From the human T2T-CHM13v2.0 reference genome, Homo sapiens, in the NCBI RefSeq assembly GCF_009914755.1, contig NC_060925.1: a DNA stretch of 64,000 bases. One strand, 5' to 3'. The position numbers were made by a program, and so were the translations under genes. The notes below the pieces were generated by a model. The model did not search any database. It was not told where the DNA came from and worked only from the letters and a program-made list of their open reading frames with translations. This document shows positions 41,411 through 53,120 of this stretch, piece after piece (the stretch's first letter is position 1; the number at the start of each line of letters is the position of its first letter).

Positions 41411-41817
41411 TGTGGCAGAGACAGACTAGATGCCAATCAAATTCAGTTCCTCTTTTCTGTAGATACAGTTAGATTACTTTCCCAGGTTCTCTTGCAGTTA
41501 GGTTTGGTCATCTGACTAAGTTCTAGCCAAAGTAATATAGGCCAGTCCCATGAAAAACATCTAGGGCAATTTAGCATGTTCTTTCTTTCTCCATCCACTG
41601 GCTGAATGGAAAAAATTTCAAGGGCTTAGAAGAGGACAGAGCCACAAGAAGGAAGGAACTTGGGTCCCTGGGTGACTATGTGAAGTAGAGGTCCCTCCCA
41701 ACTTCCTTTGAACTGTGAAATACGCAAAATAAATAAATAAATAAATTTTTATTATGTGAAACTGCTGAAATGTGGGTGATGTATGTTCAAGTAGTAATGC
41801 CTACCCTGACCAATACA
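41411..41817 (+). mobile_element. MLT1J-like MaLR solo LTR inserted into a minus-strand MIR (41320-41410 and 41818-41890)
   Basis: TGTGGCAGAGACAGACTAGATGC...ttcccaggttctcttgcagttagg...ctaccctgaccaataCA; MIR sequence resumes with gtggcatagatgggatttaaaccc. Confidence 0.8.
41728..41745 (+). terminator. Candidate polyadenylation signal: four overlapping AATAAA in the LTR
   Basis: aataaataaataaataaa followed by GU-rich tgtgggtgatgtatgttc at 41771-41788. Confidence 0.45.
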
Positions 41818-41984
41818 GTGGCATAGATGGGATTTAAACCCTCAATCTGACTATGCCAGTGTCCAAAGTCTTCCCCTAAACCACACTGCCTCCAGGCACA
41901 ACAAATAAGAATTGCTTATAAGAATCACCTACATGCTCAGCGTGTGATAGGACTGTCTTCAAGGAGATCTCGCATCTTAGATTT

Positions 41985-42187
41985 GTGCTAATATGATAGC
42001 CACTAGCCGCATGGGGCTGTTTAAATTAAAGTTTAAATTAATTAAAATAAAGTTAAAAATTCAGTTTCTTAATTGCAGGCTCACATTTCAAGTGTGCAGT
42101 AGTCTTATGTAGCTAATGGCTACCACATTGGAATGTGCAGACAGAGAACATTTCCGTCATCATGGAAAGTGCTGTTGGATAATGCTG
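41985..42187 (-). mobile_element. MER3 hAT-Charlie DNA transposon
   Basis: tagccactagcc...aaaaattcagtttc...cacatttcaagtg...agaacatttccgtcatcatggaaagt...ttggataatgctg. Confidence 0.85.
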
Positions 42188-42559
42188 TCTTAGATAGACC
42201 TTCATTCACAACGCACCCCTCCCCAGACCCCTGCAGAAAAGCTGGAAGAAGACGGGGATGCTGCTCACGAGAGGGCGGAGGGTAGCATAGCCAGCAACCA
42301 GATTGTCATAGACATAAAGGTCTCTCTCTCTCTCCCCTGACCTGAACCTTGGATCTTTGTTCTTGCCTTTCCTAGTTAACTCTCAGACAATCATCTTATG
42401 GCCCTCCTGTACTCACTGGTAACATAATTTGGATATGACTTCCTTAAACAGAAGGAGCTCTGTCTGACCCTGTTCTCCAGACAGTCCTGAGAGCAGGGTC
42501 CACACATCATTCCCTCCCCAGCAACTGTGTAGATGCTGAGCAGTAGATGCCAACAGGGC

Positions 42560-42980
42560 TGCGCTTCCTGGCCTGGATTAGGGATATTTCACACAGCAGC
42601 CAGAGTGATTTTTCAAAACACATATCCAACAATGTTGACCGTTAGTTGAAATCCTTCTATAATTCTCACTGCCCTCAGAATTGAGTAAACATATCTCAAC
42701 GTGTCTCCTGTTGTTACTGAATCATTGATTACTTCTGCTTTTCCACTTTCTACTCCTGGGCCCCTTGAACCTGGTGTTCCTGCCATGTTGAAAGTGCTGC
42801 AGTTCTCCAAACTTACAGGTTTGCTTTTACCCCTGAGTGTTTGCTCAGGCTGTTCCTTCTGCAGGGACTCTATCCTTCCCCATGTCTGTTTAGCTAACTC
42901 CTACATGTAGGGCTTAGCTTGGAAATACTTCTTCCCCACTCCCACCCCCTTTCCCACTATAGAACTTACCACACTTCCCA
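42560..42980 (+). mobile_element. L2 fragment
   Basis: cacacagcagccagagtgatttttcaaaacac...tttgctcaggctgttccttctgc. Confidence 0.6.
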
Positions 42981-44199
42981 GCCATGTTTAGGGAACAGCA
43001 GATGTTTTCAGTTCAGGTATCAAAAGCAGAGACTATTTTGTGGAGGTTTTTCTCAAGAGGATGACCCTTCTCAATCCATCTAAATCATGAGTCTCAGTCC
43101 CTCCCTCCTTCCAACACAGACACACACACACACATATTTCCCATCGACTTAATTCCTCTGCAGAGTCACCAGGGAGGCAAGTGGAGCCCTGTAAATCTCT
43201 CACAAGCTGTAACACCCAGAAACCTCTGCTCCTTGACCCCAACCAGCCACTGTGAAACAAGTGCTACTAAATCCATGGGCCATGCCCCACTCCCCCTCCT
43301 ACCTGCCATTATCCCATCATCTGAAAGGGGGGCTTGATATACAGAATAGGGTGTGGCAGTCACAATCCAAGCTGGTGCCAAGAAGTGCTGTGGGTTTTCA
43401 CTTCATTGGATTACTTTTATAGGATTGGAGCAGATAGAAGCAGTGACTCCAATGCCTGAGATAGCATGACAATAAATCGCCATGGTGGCTCTTCCATGGC
43501 TCATAACTAGTAAATCAAATCTATTGAACAATATATTTACTGCAAATTTAAGAAGCTGTTCTTCCATTTTTTAAGTGTATGTGTTAAATCATGCCCAGAG
43601 TCACAAAGAATGGAGACAGCCAGCCTCGGTGTGAAAAAAACAACAAAAAAACAGCCACATGCTTAAAGAAGTTAGAAAATTCTAACTTCTTTGTTGATGA
43701 CAGAGTGAATACCCTTCCTGATAGCTCCATGGGGCTTTTTTCCCACTGAGACAGACTAGAATCTCCGAAGTGGCAAGCTAATGACTTCTTAACTAATGCC
43801 TGAGTCAATTTTGCAAATACAGGTTCAATGTTAGCAGGTTCCTTCTTTGCTCCAGATTCCTGACGTAGACAGAAAAGGAAACACAACAGCCTTCTTAGTG
43901 CATTACAGCACTGCTTGCATCAGTGGGATGGTGATGAGGGTCAGGAGAGAGAGTGACTTACTGTTTTTCTCTAGAAGATTGCTTTTACTCCTCATTTCAC
44001 TCTATTCAAGTGCTACTGAGTTGAATGCAACTCCCAACTCAAGATGCTGTTTTGGCCATGCTTTGCTGTCAGTGTACTTTGTCTTATCTGTATTCCTCTG
44101 CCCCACCTACATATTAGCAGGGGAACCTGGCAACCTGGCATTCAATAAACATTTTATTTGAACTGATAGGTCTTTATCCACTAATGCTAGTTCAATAAA

Positions 44200-45080
44200 C
44201 ACTTCTTAAACAATTCATTCATTCATTTACACACAAATGTTGAATATGCAATTGCTGTGCCTGGCATATGGTGGTGAGCAAGATAGACACTGACCTTGCC
44301 TTCTTGGAGTACAGCTCATGTTTAAAGAGAAAGACAGACAGTGAATCTGCATTCTGCACTGATGGTTAGGCTTACTAAAACCTCATCTGGGGTCAGTGAA
44401 GCCTGAGGGGTGACTAGAAGCTAGATTTACAAATTCTCAAAATGATCCCATGAGACAGAGCTATGATTCCATTTTCAGATGAAGAACTGGAGGCATGCGT
44501 CACACAGCTGCAGTAGTGGCAGAGCTAGTATGTGTGATAGGGGTGTGTGTGGACTCTAGGGAAGCACAGGGAGGAGACATTTGGTCCAGCCAAGCTGTCA
44601 GGGAAGATGCTCTGGAGGAGATGACATCTGAGCTGAGCCTGGAAAGAAGGCAGGAATCTGCCAAATGAGTGGGGGAATGATGTGACCACCAGACAGGGCA
44701 AAGACACCGGGGCATGAAACATCAAAGCATGTGCCTGGAGTGTGAAGCCAGAGGGAGGGCACTTCAGGGCCGAAGCGGGGGAAGCAGCCCATGGAGGTTT
44801 CGTGTGGCAAGCTTAGGAGTTGGACCCTATTCTGCAGGCCATGAGTTGCCACCCAAGGGCTTTAGGCAGATGCATAATGCAGTCAGATCTTGTTTGAAAA
44901 AACCACTCTGGCCCGGCCATATGGAGGATGGATTTGAGGAGGACCGGATGGGAAGCAGGGGGACCAATTAGCAGGCTATTGCAGCATTCCAGGAGAGAGA
45001 TGAGGAGGGCTTCAACTAGGGCAATGGTACTGGGGATGGACAAGAGGGAACATGAGAGAAATATGTTTGCGGTAAAAATG
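44200..45080 (-). mobile_element. L2 fragments with an embedded MIR piece (~44420-44530)
   Basis: attcattcattcatttac...; ggaggagatgacatctgagctgagcctggaaag...ttagcaggctattgcagcattccaggagagagatgagg. Confidence 0.7.
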
Positions 45081-45619
45081 ATCAGGACTCTGGCTGGATG
45101 TGGAGCAGCACAGGAAGGTCCCAGGTCAGGCTGTGCTGCCTGGACAAATGACTGTGCTAATCTGGGACACAGCAATGCAAAGCAGAGCTGCTGCGGGTGT
45201 AGATGCAATCCTTCCAGGAAGGAAGGTGGTCATAGTTCTCTCTCAGGGTCTTTTCCAGCCAGAGCTGTTTATGCTGGACTGGAGACACCTGTCAGCTGGG
45301 GACATTCAAGGCCTGAGAGCAATGCAGATCTTCAGAAACAGGCTGGGTTCACCTGAAACAAACTCAATAACTCCTTTGGTTATAGGGGGATAAATTTTCA
45401 AAATAAGTCTAAGCAATTCCCAGGATAGCAGGCCACAGAAGCTAAAGGATTATAGAACTGCTGATCACAGTTGAGACATGAGAGGAGCAATTAACTCTTG
45501 GGTCTCATCCCCCATCATTCTTCTTCCCACCCCCTTTGTGTCCCCCAATCAGCACACGTGTGCACACACATACGCTCAAGCATGCATATGCGCATGTGCA
45601 TACGCTTTATCATCCTTAA

Positions 45620-45975
45620 ACTTCTCACCTTCCCCCAGACACACCAGGCCTGCCCCACTTCCTCTTTGCACCTGCTGTTCTCTCTGCCTGCAGAGTCTTT
45701 CCTCCAAATTCTCCACTGGGCAAAATTGTTTTCTTCCTTCCACACCAATCCAGATGCCTGGCCTCTCTGATGCCCAGCCCCACTACCCCATGTGGGGTTA
45801 ATTGTCCTGCCCTAAGTGTCCTCTCCACACTTTCTCCCCCATCAAATAGCACTTTGTATTGTGTTTCCCTGAGGTCTTTCTTCACTGCCAAGCCGAACTC
45901 CTGAAGTCTTGTCAATCTTGGCATCCCCAGCAGTGGCACAAGTTCTGGTCCATCACTGGTGCTCAAAAACTGTTT
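45620..45975 (+). mobile_element. L2 3' fragment
   Basis: cctctttgcacctgctgttctctctgcctg...ggtgctcaaaaactgtttga. Confidence 0.55.
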
Positions 45976-46639
45976 GAGGAAGGAGCACAACCCCTGAAGA
46001 TGGACTAGAATATACCTTCCCTAGCCATGATCTCAAGTTCTTCACTTCAATGAAGGGTGGTGTCTTTGCTCTCTGGACACTCACATGCCATTGGGAAATA
46101 AAGCCTGAAAACACATGAGACAAGGGCCATAAAGGTGGTGCCTACATTCACCCTTAGTTCTACATGAACAGGTCAATTATTTTTCTGAAATTGGCCCTTA
46201 TATTTATCCCCACTTTACAGATAAGGGTTCACCCTCAGGGAAGGCAACAGCTCTTTTGGACTAAAATGATCAAAGACTTGTTTAACATCTTTCAAGGGAA
46301 ATGGGTAGGTAAATGAGAACACCAGCTGTCTGGGGTTTGGTTCTTACAGAGATTCCCCAGGCTGACCACAGTTGGTGGGCCCAGATGAAGCCCCCCAGAG
46401 AGCGAAACCTTCGGTTGTTTGTCAGGTGGCCTGTGCAGTCCTCTGGGTTCTTATTGGCTTCAGGAGCAGGAGGAGGACTGACCGCTATGAACCAATTTAT
46501 TAGTCTCCCAAGAATCATCTCTGCCTGCCTCGGGCTGGGCACCTTAACTTGACAAAGGTGGTGCTCATGAGCAGGGCAACAGACAAGGGCCGGGGGTGCT
46601 GGAGACTGGAATCATCGTCATTATGAAATCAATAACAGC

Positions 46640-46885
46640 AATGACCGCGACAGAAGCTCTTGCCTGACATTTACTATGTGCCACGCAGTGTTCTAAGCCT
46701 TTCTCTGGATTCTTATTTTATAGTCCTTATAATGCTTCTCTGAAGCAGGTACTATCATCCCCGTTTATCAGATGAAAAAACAGAGGTACAGATAAGTTCA
46801 GCAATTGCCTCAAGATCAGATAGCAGAGCTGGGATTTGAAACCAAACAATGTGATTCCAGAGCTGCTATTCTTAAATATTATGCT
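46640..46885 (-). mobile_element. MIR
   Basis: tttactatgtgccacgcagtgttctaagc...ggtactatcatccccgtttatcagatgaaaaaacagagg...gcagagctgggatttgaaacc. Confidence 0.85.
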
Positions 46886-48149
46886 GCAGGGAAGTGCAGA
46901 AGGCAAACCAGTACCCTGACCTTCCATAGAAGGGCACATTAGGAAATAAGAGGCCAGCATTTGCTCTTGCTCTGACCCCCATACCCCTCCAGGCTCTCCA
47001 GCTCCAGGCAGGGATGGATGTCTGCTGCTTGCTAGGTTAGAGCTCTGCAGAGTCCGGAAAGTACAAGTGAGCTGGAGAATGCTGGGCAGATGAGCTGGGT
47101 GCCCCTTTCCCCTTGGCCTCGCAGCAATGGCCTTCAGATTGCTGCCTCTCCTGGGTGCCAGGATTGCTGCTGTCTGGAGCCTAATCTCCATTCTGGTGGT
47201 TTTGGTTGCTATGGTAATTGAATTCACTTAAAGTTGTCTCCAAGCTACTCTGTCTACTTCTTTCTGCCCATAGCCTGGAAGGGCACAGGCCCAGGATGGA
47301 GGGCAAGAAGGATAAGGGATTGCTGCCCTGGGAAGCCTACATGTGTTTCCTGATCCAGAGGTCTTCCTCAGAGGCAAACAGAAGAGAAAATCACAAAGAA
47401 ATGTTCTTTGCAAGTCTCTCCATCTTCCTCTTCGCTGCCTTAGCTCCTTTCTGCATAGACGCATTGGAGTTAGATGGGCTGGAAAGGCAGGGACTGGCAC
47501 AAGGTACTCTGAGAGCCTCTTCCATTCTTCAGCATTTTGTTACTCATTCAACAAACACTTACTGAAGGGTGACTGTATTCTAGGCTGCTTGCCTAGACAG
47601 GGGTCTCTCTGGGGGCAGCTCAGGATCCAGAGCCACAGGGAATGTCCCCTGACAGCACATGTCTGTGTGGCTACCACTCTGAGATTTCAGGAGAATGGCC
47701 AGTCAGGGTCAGACCCTGACAGGAAGATTAGGGACTGTGGGACATCTCCCTTTCATCGTTTCTCTGCTGGAGGAAGATTCATCACACAGCTCAGGGCTGC
47801 TGAGCATGTGGAGAGGAATCAGAGATCCTAGAAACTAAGCTGCTGTGGAATAGGACTGTCCCTAGATGGGACCTGAGGTGCAAATAATACTTATTTTCTC
47901 CACGATTCTAATGCAGGAAAAGTTTTGACACATAAGACAAATGACAAGGATGGAAGCCCATGTCAAAGAGCTGCCTGAGGGGTGTGTAGGAATGACATTC
48001 CCTTCCCCTGACCACCACCACTTTGCTTGGATGATAAGGGAGTGGGGATGAGAAGGTTATAGTAGATTATAGGTGATCATGTGTTTGCAAGTCTCAGTCA
48101 GAGAAATCTCTGTGCAGAGTCAAGGTGGGGAATGAACTAAAATGAGAAA

Positions 48150-48385
48150 CCTGGGACATCAGTGTGGGGGAGTTCTGTTTGGCACAGGTGAGTGAGGTGC
48201 CTGGTGTATTCAAGGTCAAGTGCCCGATAAGCAGAAAGAAGTGTATTTCTAGGACTTGGGAGAGAGTTGCTCGTTAGAAATGCGCATGTGAGAATCATCG
48301 GCCTAGAGGTGACAGCTGAAGTTGTGAGAAAAGATGACATTGCCCAGGAAGAAGGTGCAGAGGAGGGATGTGAGAGGAGGCAAGC
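48150..48385 (-). mobile_element. L2 fragment
   Basis: gagttctgtttggcacaggtgagtgaggtgcct...gagaatcatcggcctagaggtgacagctgaag. Confidence 0.6.
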
Positions 48386-48668
48386 ATTGCTCCTTGGAGA
48401 GTGGTCAGAGGCAGGGCAATTAGTTTCTTTTAGGAAGCAGGGGAGTGGCCTGGAGTCAGTGGTTGGTAGGAAATAGTTAGTAGTACACATATGGTGTGGG
48501 CTTCAGGGAAGATGCTGCTGAGGGAGTTGTGGAAAATCAGGCTAGTGTAGGGGCTGTCAAATGTGAAAATGCATCACAATGACTGGAGGCCTTATTACAA
48601 CACAGGTGGCTGGGCCCTACCCCCAGAGTCTCTAATTTATTAGGTTGGAGTGGAACCCAGGAATTCAC

Positions 48669-48735
<67 letters not shown>

Positions 48736-48879
48736 TTTCTTTCTTTCTTTCTCTTTCTTTCTTTCTTCCTTTCCTTCCTTCCTTCCTTCCTTCCTTCTTT
48801 CTTTCTCTTTCTTTCTTTTCTTCTTTCTTTCTTTCTCTCTCTCTTTTTCTTTCTTTCTTTCTATTTTTTTTTTCTTTTT
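48669..48879 (+). repeat. ~210-bp (TTTC)n/(TTCC)n polypyrimidine tract
   Basis: Almost pure C/T; sits at the tail position of the adjacent minus-strand Alu monomer. Confidence 0.93.
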
Positions 48880-49025
48880 ACAGAGTCTCCCTCTGTCCCC
48901 CAGAATGGAACAGTCATGGATCCTGACTCACTGCCACCTTGACTTCCGGGACTCAAGGAATCCCCCCACCTCTGCCTCCTAAAGTGCTGGGATTACAGGC
49001 CAGGCATGAGCCACCAGCTGGGCTA
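48880..49025 (-). mobile_element. Monomeric old Alu (FRAM or internally deleted AluJ)
   Basis: Left-arm start (tggctcatgcc...tgtaatcccagcactt) runs straight into a right-arm end (gcagtgag...gacagagggagactctg). Confidence 0.75.
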
Positions 49026-50989
49026 GAATTTACATTTTTAACAGGTTCCCAAATGCAAGTTGATGCTGCTGGTCTAGGGACGCATCTTGTGAATCTGTAC
49101 AGTGATAAACCTGCACTTGAGAAGGTTCAAATTTCACTTCATCCACCCTTTATTGTGGACCAAGTTAGACAGGATGAGAGGAGATGCTGGGCTTTGGTTA
49201 AAGAGCAGAGGTGGAGAAAAAGATGGGGAGTATAAGGCAGTTCCTTGGAAATAGAGTGGATACTGAGGGAATATGATGACATAGAGGAGGGATGACCCGA
49301 GGGGCACAGCCGCAGCCATGACTATGGATCTATGATTTTGGGTTGTGTAAAGAGATCAATGGTGAGTCTGGCAGATGGGAGTACAGGGATTACAAACAGC
49401 CCCACAGTTCTGTTTGGAGTCCTGGATGAAAGCCTAGAGTCTCCCTTCTAGAGCACCTCATCCCTCATCCCTCTCCCCAGCCCCTCTCTTCTAACGTTCT
49501 AGGATTATTGCCAGGCTCTGGGCCCCAGGCCTTCCCAAGCAGAACAGAGGCAGCTGCCTCATATCCTCGGTCATCTCTCACTGGGGTTGCTCTGTGGACA
49601 AGAAGACCCGGTACTTTTTTCGTTTTCTTTCCAAGACTCCAGATCAGGCACTTTGAGAGTGCTGTGAGGAGGCTCCTGACCTCAGTGCCAAACACCCTCT
49701 TGAGACTGAGCCACCCTGCCAGGGGTGAGGTGCAGAACTTGAGTCTTATTTTCTCTCAGTGGAGCGAGTCCATAAAGAAAATCCAATTCATCAGTGTCCA
49801 AGAGAACATTACCAAGATAGACGAGACACCATGGGCAGTATTTAATTATGAGCAGGCAGAGCAAATAGGAGGGACGCAATAAAAATGCTAATCAGGGAGG
49901 AAAAAACCCAGAATTTGTTTTCTTCTAGAATAGGCTAAAGCTCATCTCTTCCCCCTCCATTTCCAGCCCCCAAATGAGTGCTGCAGACCAGGTTCTGAAT
50001 GTGACTCGGTGACAGGTGAGTCCATTTTAGCCTCCCCACCCCCACTGGCTTCTCCCTACCTCCATTGTCCCAATCACCTAGTTCCTAGAAGATACAGCCC
50101 AAAAAGAGGGAGACTGGCTTGCAAGCACACAGCTTCCTCTTCAGCCAGGGAGATCTGGCAGGGAAACTTAGAAAAAGAATGAAGTTATTATTCAGGGCTC
50201 AATTCCATGTCCCAGGGAGCACTTTAGGAAGAAACAATCTCCCCCTCTCAGTGGCATATCCATAATTTGCATGAGAAGGGAGGGAGACCAGCTAAGTGCC
50301 CCCTGACAAACCTGAATTTAATGTGTCAGGCTTAGTCTCTGGCCTGATCCTAAGTGGCTCAGTCAATCCAACTCCAAGCCACTTACGATGAGCTTGGGGA
50401 CATTCAGCCAGGCCCAAAGCAGATTCTCAATTCCTTTCAACTTGGCTGAGCTTGACGTTGAAATATGGTTTAGGAATTGCAGACCATTACTGTCTCACCT
50501 CAATTTGGTAGACTCCTCATGTAGCCAGATCCTTTGGGTCACTATATCCTTCCTTACTAAAGCTCAAATTTTCACACTGCTGCCAGGCAGATTTATTTCT
50601 CTAGTTTTGCTTGGTTGCTGGGCTACCTGGATCCCAAGCCTCATGCTGCTTTTGGGTAAAATGTGCTTGTTTTTGCAGCCCTCAGGATCCTGACTCAGCC
50701 CAGGCTCTTTCCCTAGGTTTGCTTCTTCTGTTTACTGGGCATACCATTCATCCTGGCTGGTTTCCATGCAATTTCCTTGTCACTTGATTAATCTCTCTCT
50801 GGTCTCCTCAAATCTGTATGCAGCTTGAGGTCTTCCCAACATCACCAGGACAGGACCTGGGCTTGAGGACCATCTGTCATCTCACTCTGGATCACCTCCC
50901 TTCCCTCCATGACTCAGGGAGAAAGAACCCAGGCCTTCAACTCCTAGCTACGGCCCCTTCCTGGAAAAATATCTGTTAGATTAAAAGTT

Positions 50990-51235
50990 CACATACCAGC
51001 TTAGCTACTTACCTGGTATGGAACCCTAGACAAGCTACTTAACTTCTCTGTGCCTCAGTTTCCTCATCTAACAAATGGAGATAACATTATCTTCCTCATA
51101 TTTATTATAAGAATTCAGCGCAAACACACGTAAAGAGATTGGAAGAGTGCCAGTCACATAATAAACATTCAGAAAGTGTTAGCTATCATCATTGTCATCA
51201 TCATCATCATTATTATTATTGTTATGATATTTATT
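50990..51235 (+). mobile_element. MIR with (ATC)n(ATT)n tail
   Basis: acaagctacttaacttctctgtgcctcagtttcctcatctaacaaatggagataac. Confidence 0.85.
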
Positions 51236-52116
51236 ATTAAAGTCAATGATTATCTTATTTACCCATATGTCCAGGTACTTGGTAGAGTGGCATAAATAAA
51301 CATGCAATAATCATTGAATGAATGAATGTTCATTTAAGCTAATTCTTTCAAAGACATTACCATTCCCAGGGAAATCTAAAGAGAGGACCTATGATGACAA
51401 GGCTTTACACATAAGTGGCTAATGGTGTGATTTCAGGCATGTGTGGGAAAGGGATTTTGAGTCAGTGGTTCTTTTCAATCTCCTTCATATTGAGTCACAT
51501 AATTACTAGAACATAACTAGGCCTGATTTTCTGGTCAGTAGCTCACAGTTATCTTCCTTTAGGGTTGAATCTCCCTCGTAACTCTAAAAGCAATGAAACC
51601 TTAGAAAGATAACCATCAAGGGGATAAAAGAGACAAAGGAAACTGCTAGCTACAGGGACAACCTTTCCTAGGTTCTCCCTAGGAAAGTTGCCACAACCTG
51701 TATACGTGCTGAAGCTGGAAAGCCCACATCAGCTTGTTCACTATGAGACAAAGAGGGAGAGTGCTGCAGGCAGCTGACCTCAGACCCTGGCATAATAAGA
51801 CCCCTTCGAGAGTCAACCCCTATACTCTTTTAGGGAGAGCTCTCCTTCCTTCTATGCCTCACAAGAGATTTCTCACAATGGAGAGTGGAAATATTTTATC
51901 TACATGTTGCTGGATGGTTGTGCTATGGATCTTCTATGAGTGATCAGGACAGAATCTTGATTGGAAAAAAGTTATGCAATTCAGAGGCAATAGGTAAACC
52001 AAGGCCTGAGAGCCGTGCCGGTCCCCACACTGGTATCACATCCTGACTTGGACAGTGTGCCTTCATAGGGGTCATCCCACATGCTTCTCAACAGATGAAT
52101 GAGTAGGTTGGGACCT

Positions 52117-52122
52117 TTTTTC

Positions 52123-52153
<31 letters not shown>

Positions 52154-52202
52154 TGTTTCTTTCTTTCTTTCTTCTTTCTTTCTTTCCTTTTCTTTTTTCT
52201 TT
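52117..52202 (+). repeat. (TTTC)n tract
   Basis: Read directly; abuts the 3' end of an old L1. Confidence 0.85.
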
Positions 52203-52660
52203 GAAAATATATTCCTATTCACATGGTTCCACTAAATGTCACTAGTTCCCTGAGTAACTTCCAGAGGTATTTATGTATATATAAGCAAATATACACATAT
52301 ATTCTCTCTCCCCTCTCCATGAATTGAAAGCTTGCTTTACACACTTTCATGCACCTTGCATTTTTTTTCATTTAATATTATACTTTGGAGCTTATTCTAT
52401 ATCAGTATATGTAGGCTTACATCATTCTTTTTGGTGGCTGCATAGTATTATATTATAGAAATTAGTTTCTTTAACCAATTTAAGTTGTTTCCAATTGTTA
52501 ACCTTTACAAATAAAACTGTAATGAATAACCTGTGGGTAAGTATACCTGTAGGGTATATAGGAGTGTATGTGAAGACAAATTTCTATAACAGGAATTGTT
52601 TGGGCAAAGGCTTTATTCATTTGTAAATGTGATAGTTATTGACAAATTGCCTTTCATAAA
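52203..52660 (-). mobile_element. Old L1 (L1ME-like) 3' fragment
   Basis: tcattctttttggtggctgcatagtatt...ttaagttgtttccaatt...acaaataaaactgtaatgaataacc...tattgacaaattgcctt. Confidence 0.7.
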
Positions 52661-52821
52661 TAGCCGCCTTTTTTTAGTTATAACAAAACTGGAGCTTGAA
52701 GAGGGTAAGTGACTTTATTAAAGTTGTGCAGATTATACATAAAGCAACTGGGATGATAACTAAGGTTTGTTGAGCACTAGGGTTCTCTGGGCCCATGAGC
52801 TCAAAGAAATGGGAACATCTA

Positions 52822-53120
52822 GGCCAGGCACAGTGGCTCACGCCTGTAATCCCAGCACTCTGGGAGGCTGAGGTGGGTGGATCACGAGGTCAGGAGATCA
52901 AGACCATCCTGGCTAACATGGTGAAACCCCGTCTCTACTAAAAATACAAAAAATTAGCCGGGCATGGTGGCGGGCACCTGTAGTCCCAGCTACTTGGGAG
53001 CTGAGGCAGGAGAATGGCGTGAACCCGGAGGGGGAGCTTGCAGTGAGCCGAGACCACACCACTGCACTCCAGACTGGGTGAAAGAGCAAGACTCCATCTC
53101 AAAAAAAAAAAAAAAAAAAA
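52822..53120 (+). mobile_element. AluY, full length, CpG-decayed
   Basis: gatcacgaggtcaggagatc...accatcctggctaac...gaatggcgtgaaccc; TSD AGAAATGGGAACATCTA at 52805-52821 and 53121-53137. Confidence 0.93.

Larger units (their letters stand above)
32700..41760 (+). ncRNA. LINC01750: Putative divergent lncRNA from the KCND3 CpG island (recalled annotation LINC01750; boundaries approximate)
   Basis: + strand donors AAG|GTGAGC (33313) and AGC|GTAAGT (33361), G-skew on + downstream of ~32860, LTR AATAAA cluster at 41728-41745. The gene name is from memory of the locus, not from the sequence. Confidence 0.45.
48550..49095. mobile_element. MER5A-like hAT-Charlie element interrupted by an Alu monomer and a pyrimidine tract
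   Basis: gctgggccctacccccagagtctctaattt...ggaacccaggaatt | gaatttacatttttaacaggttccc...tgatgctgctggtctagggac. Confidence 0.75.

Noticed and set aside
48645-48982. Phe/Leu/Ser-rich membrane-protein-like ORFs
   Set aside because: Translation of the (TTTC)n tract.
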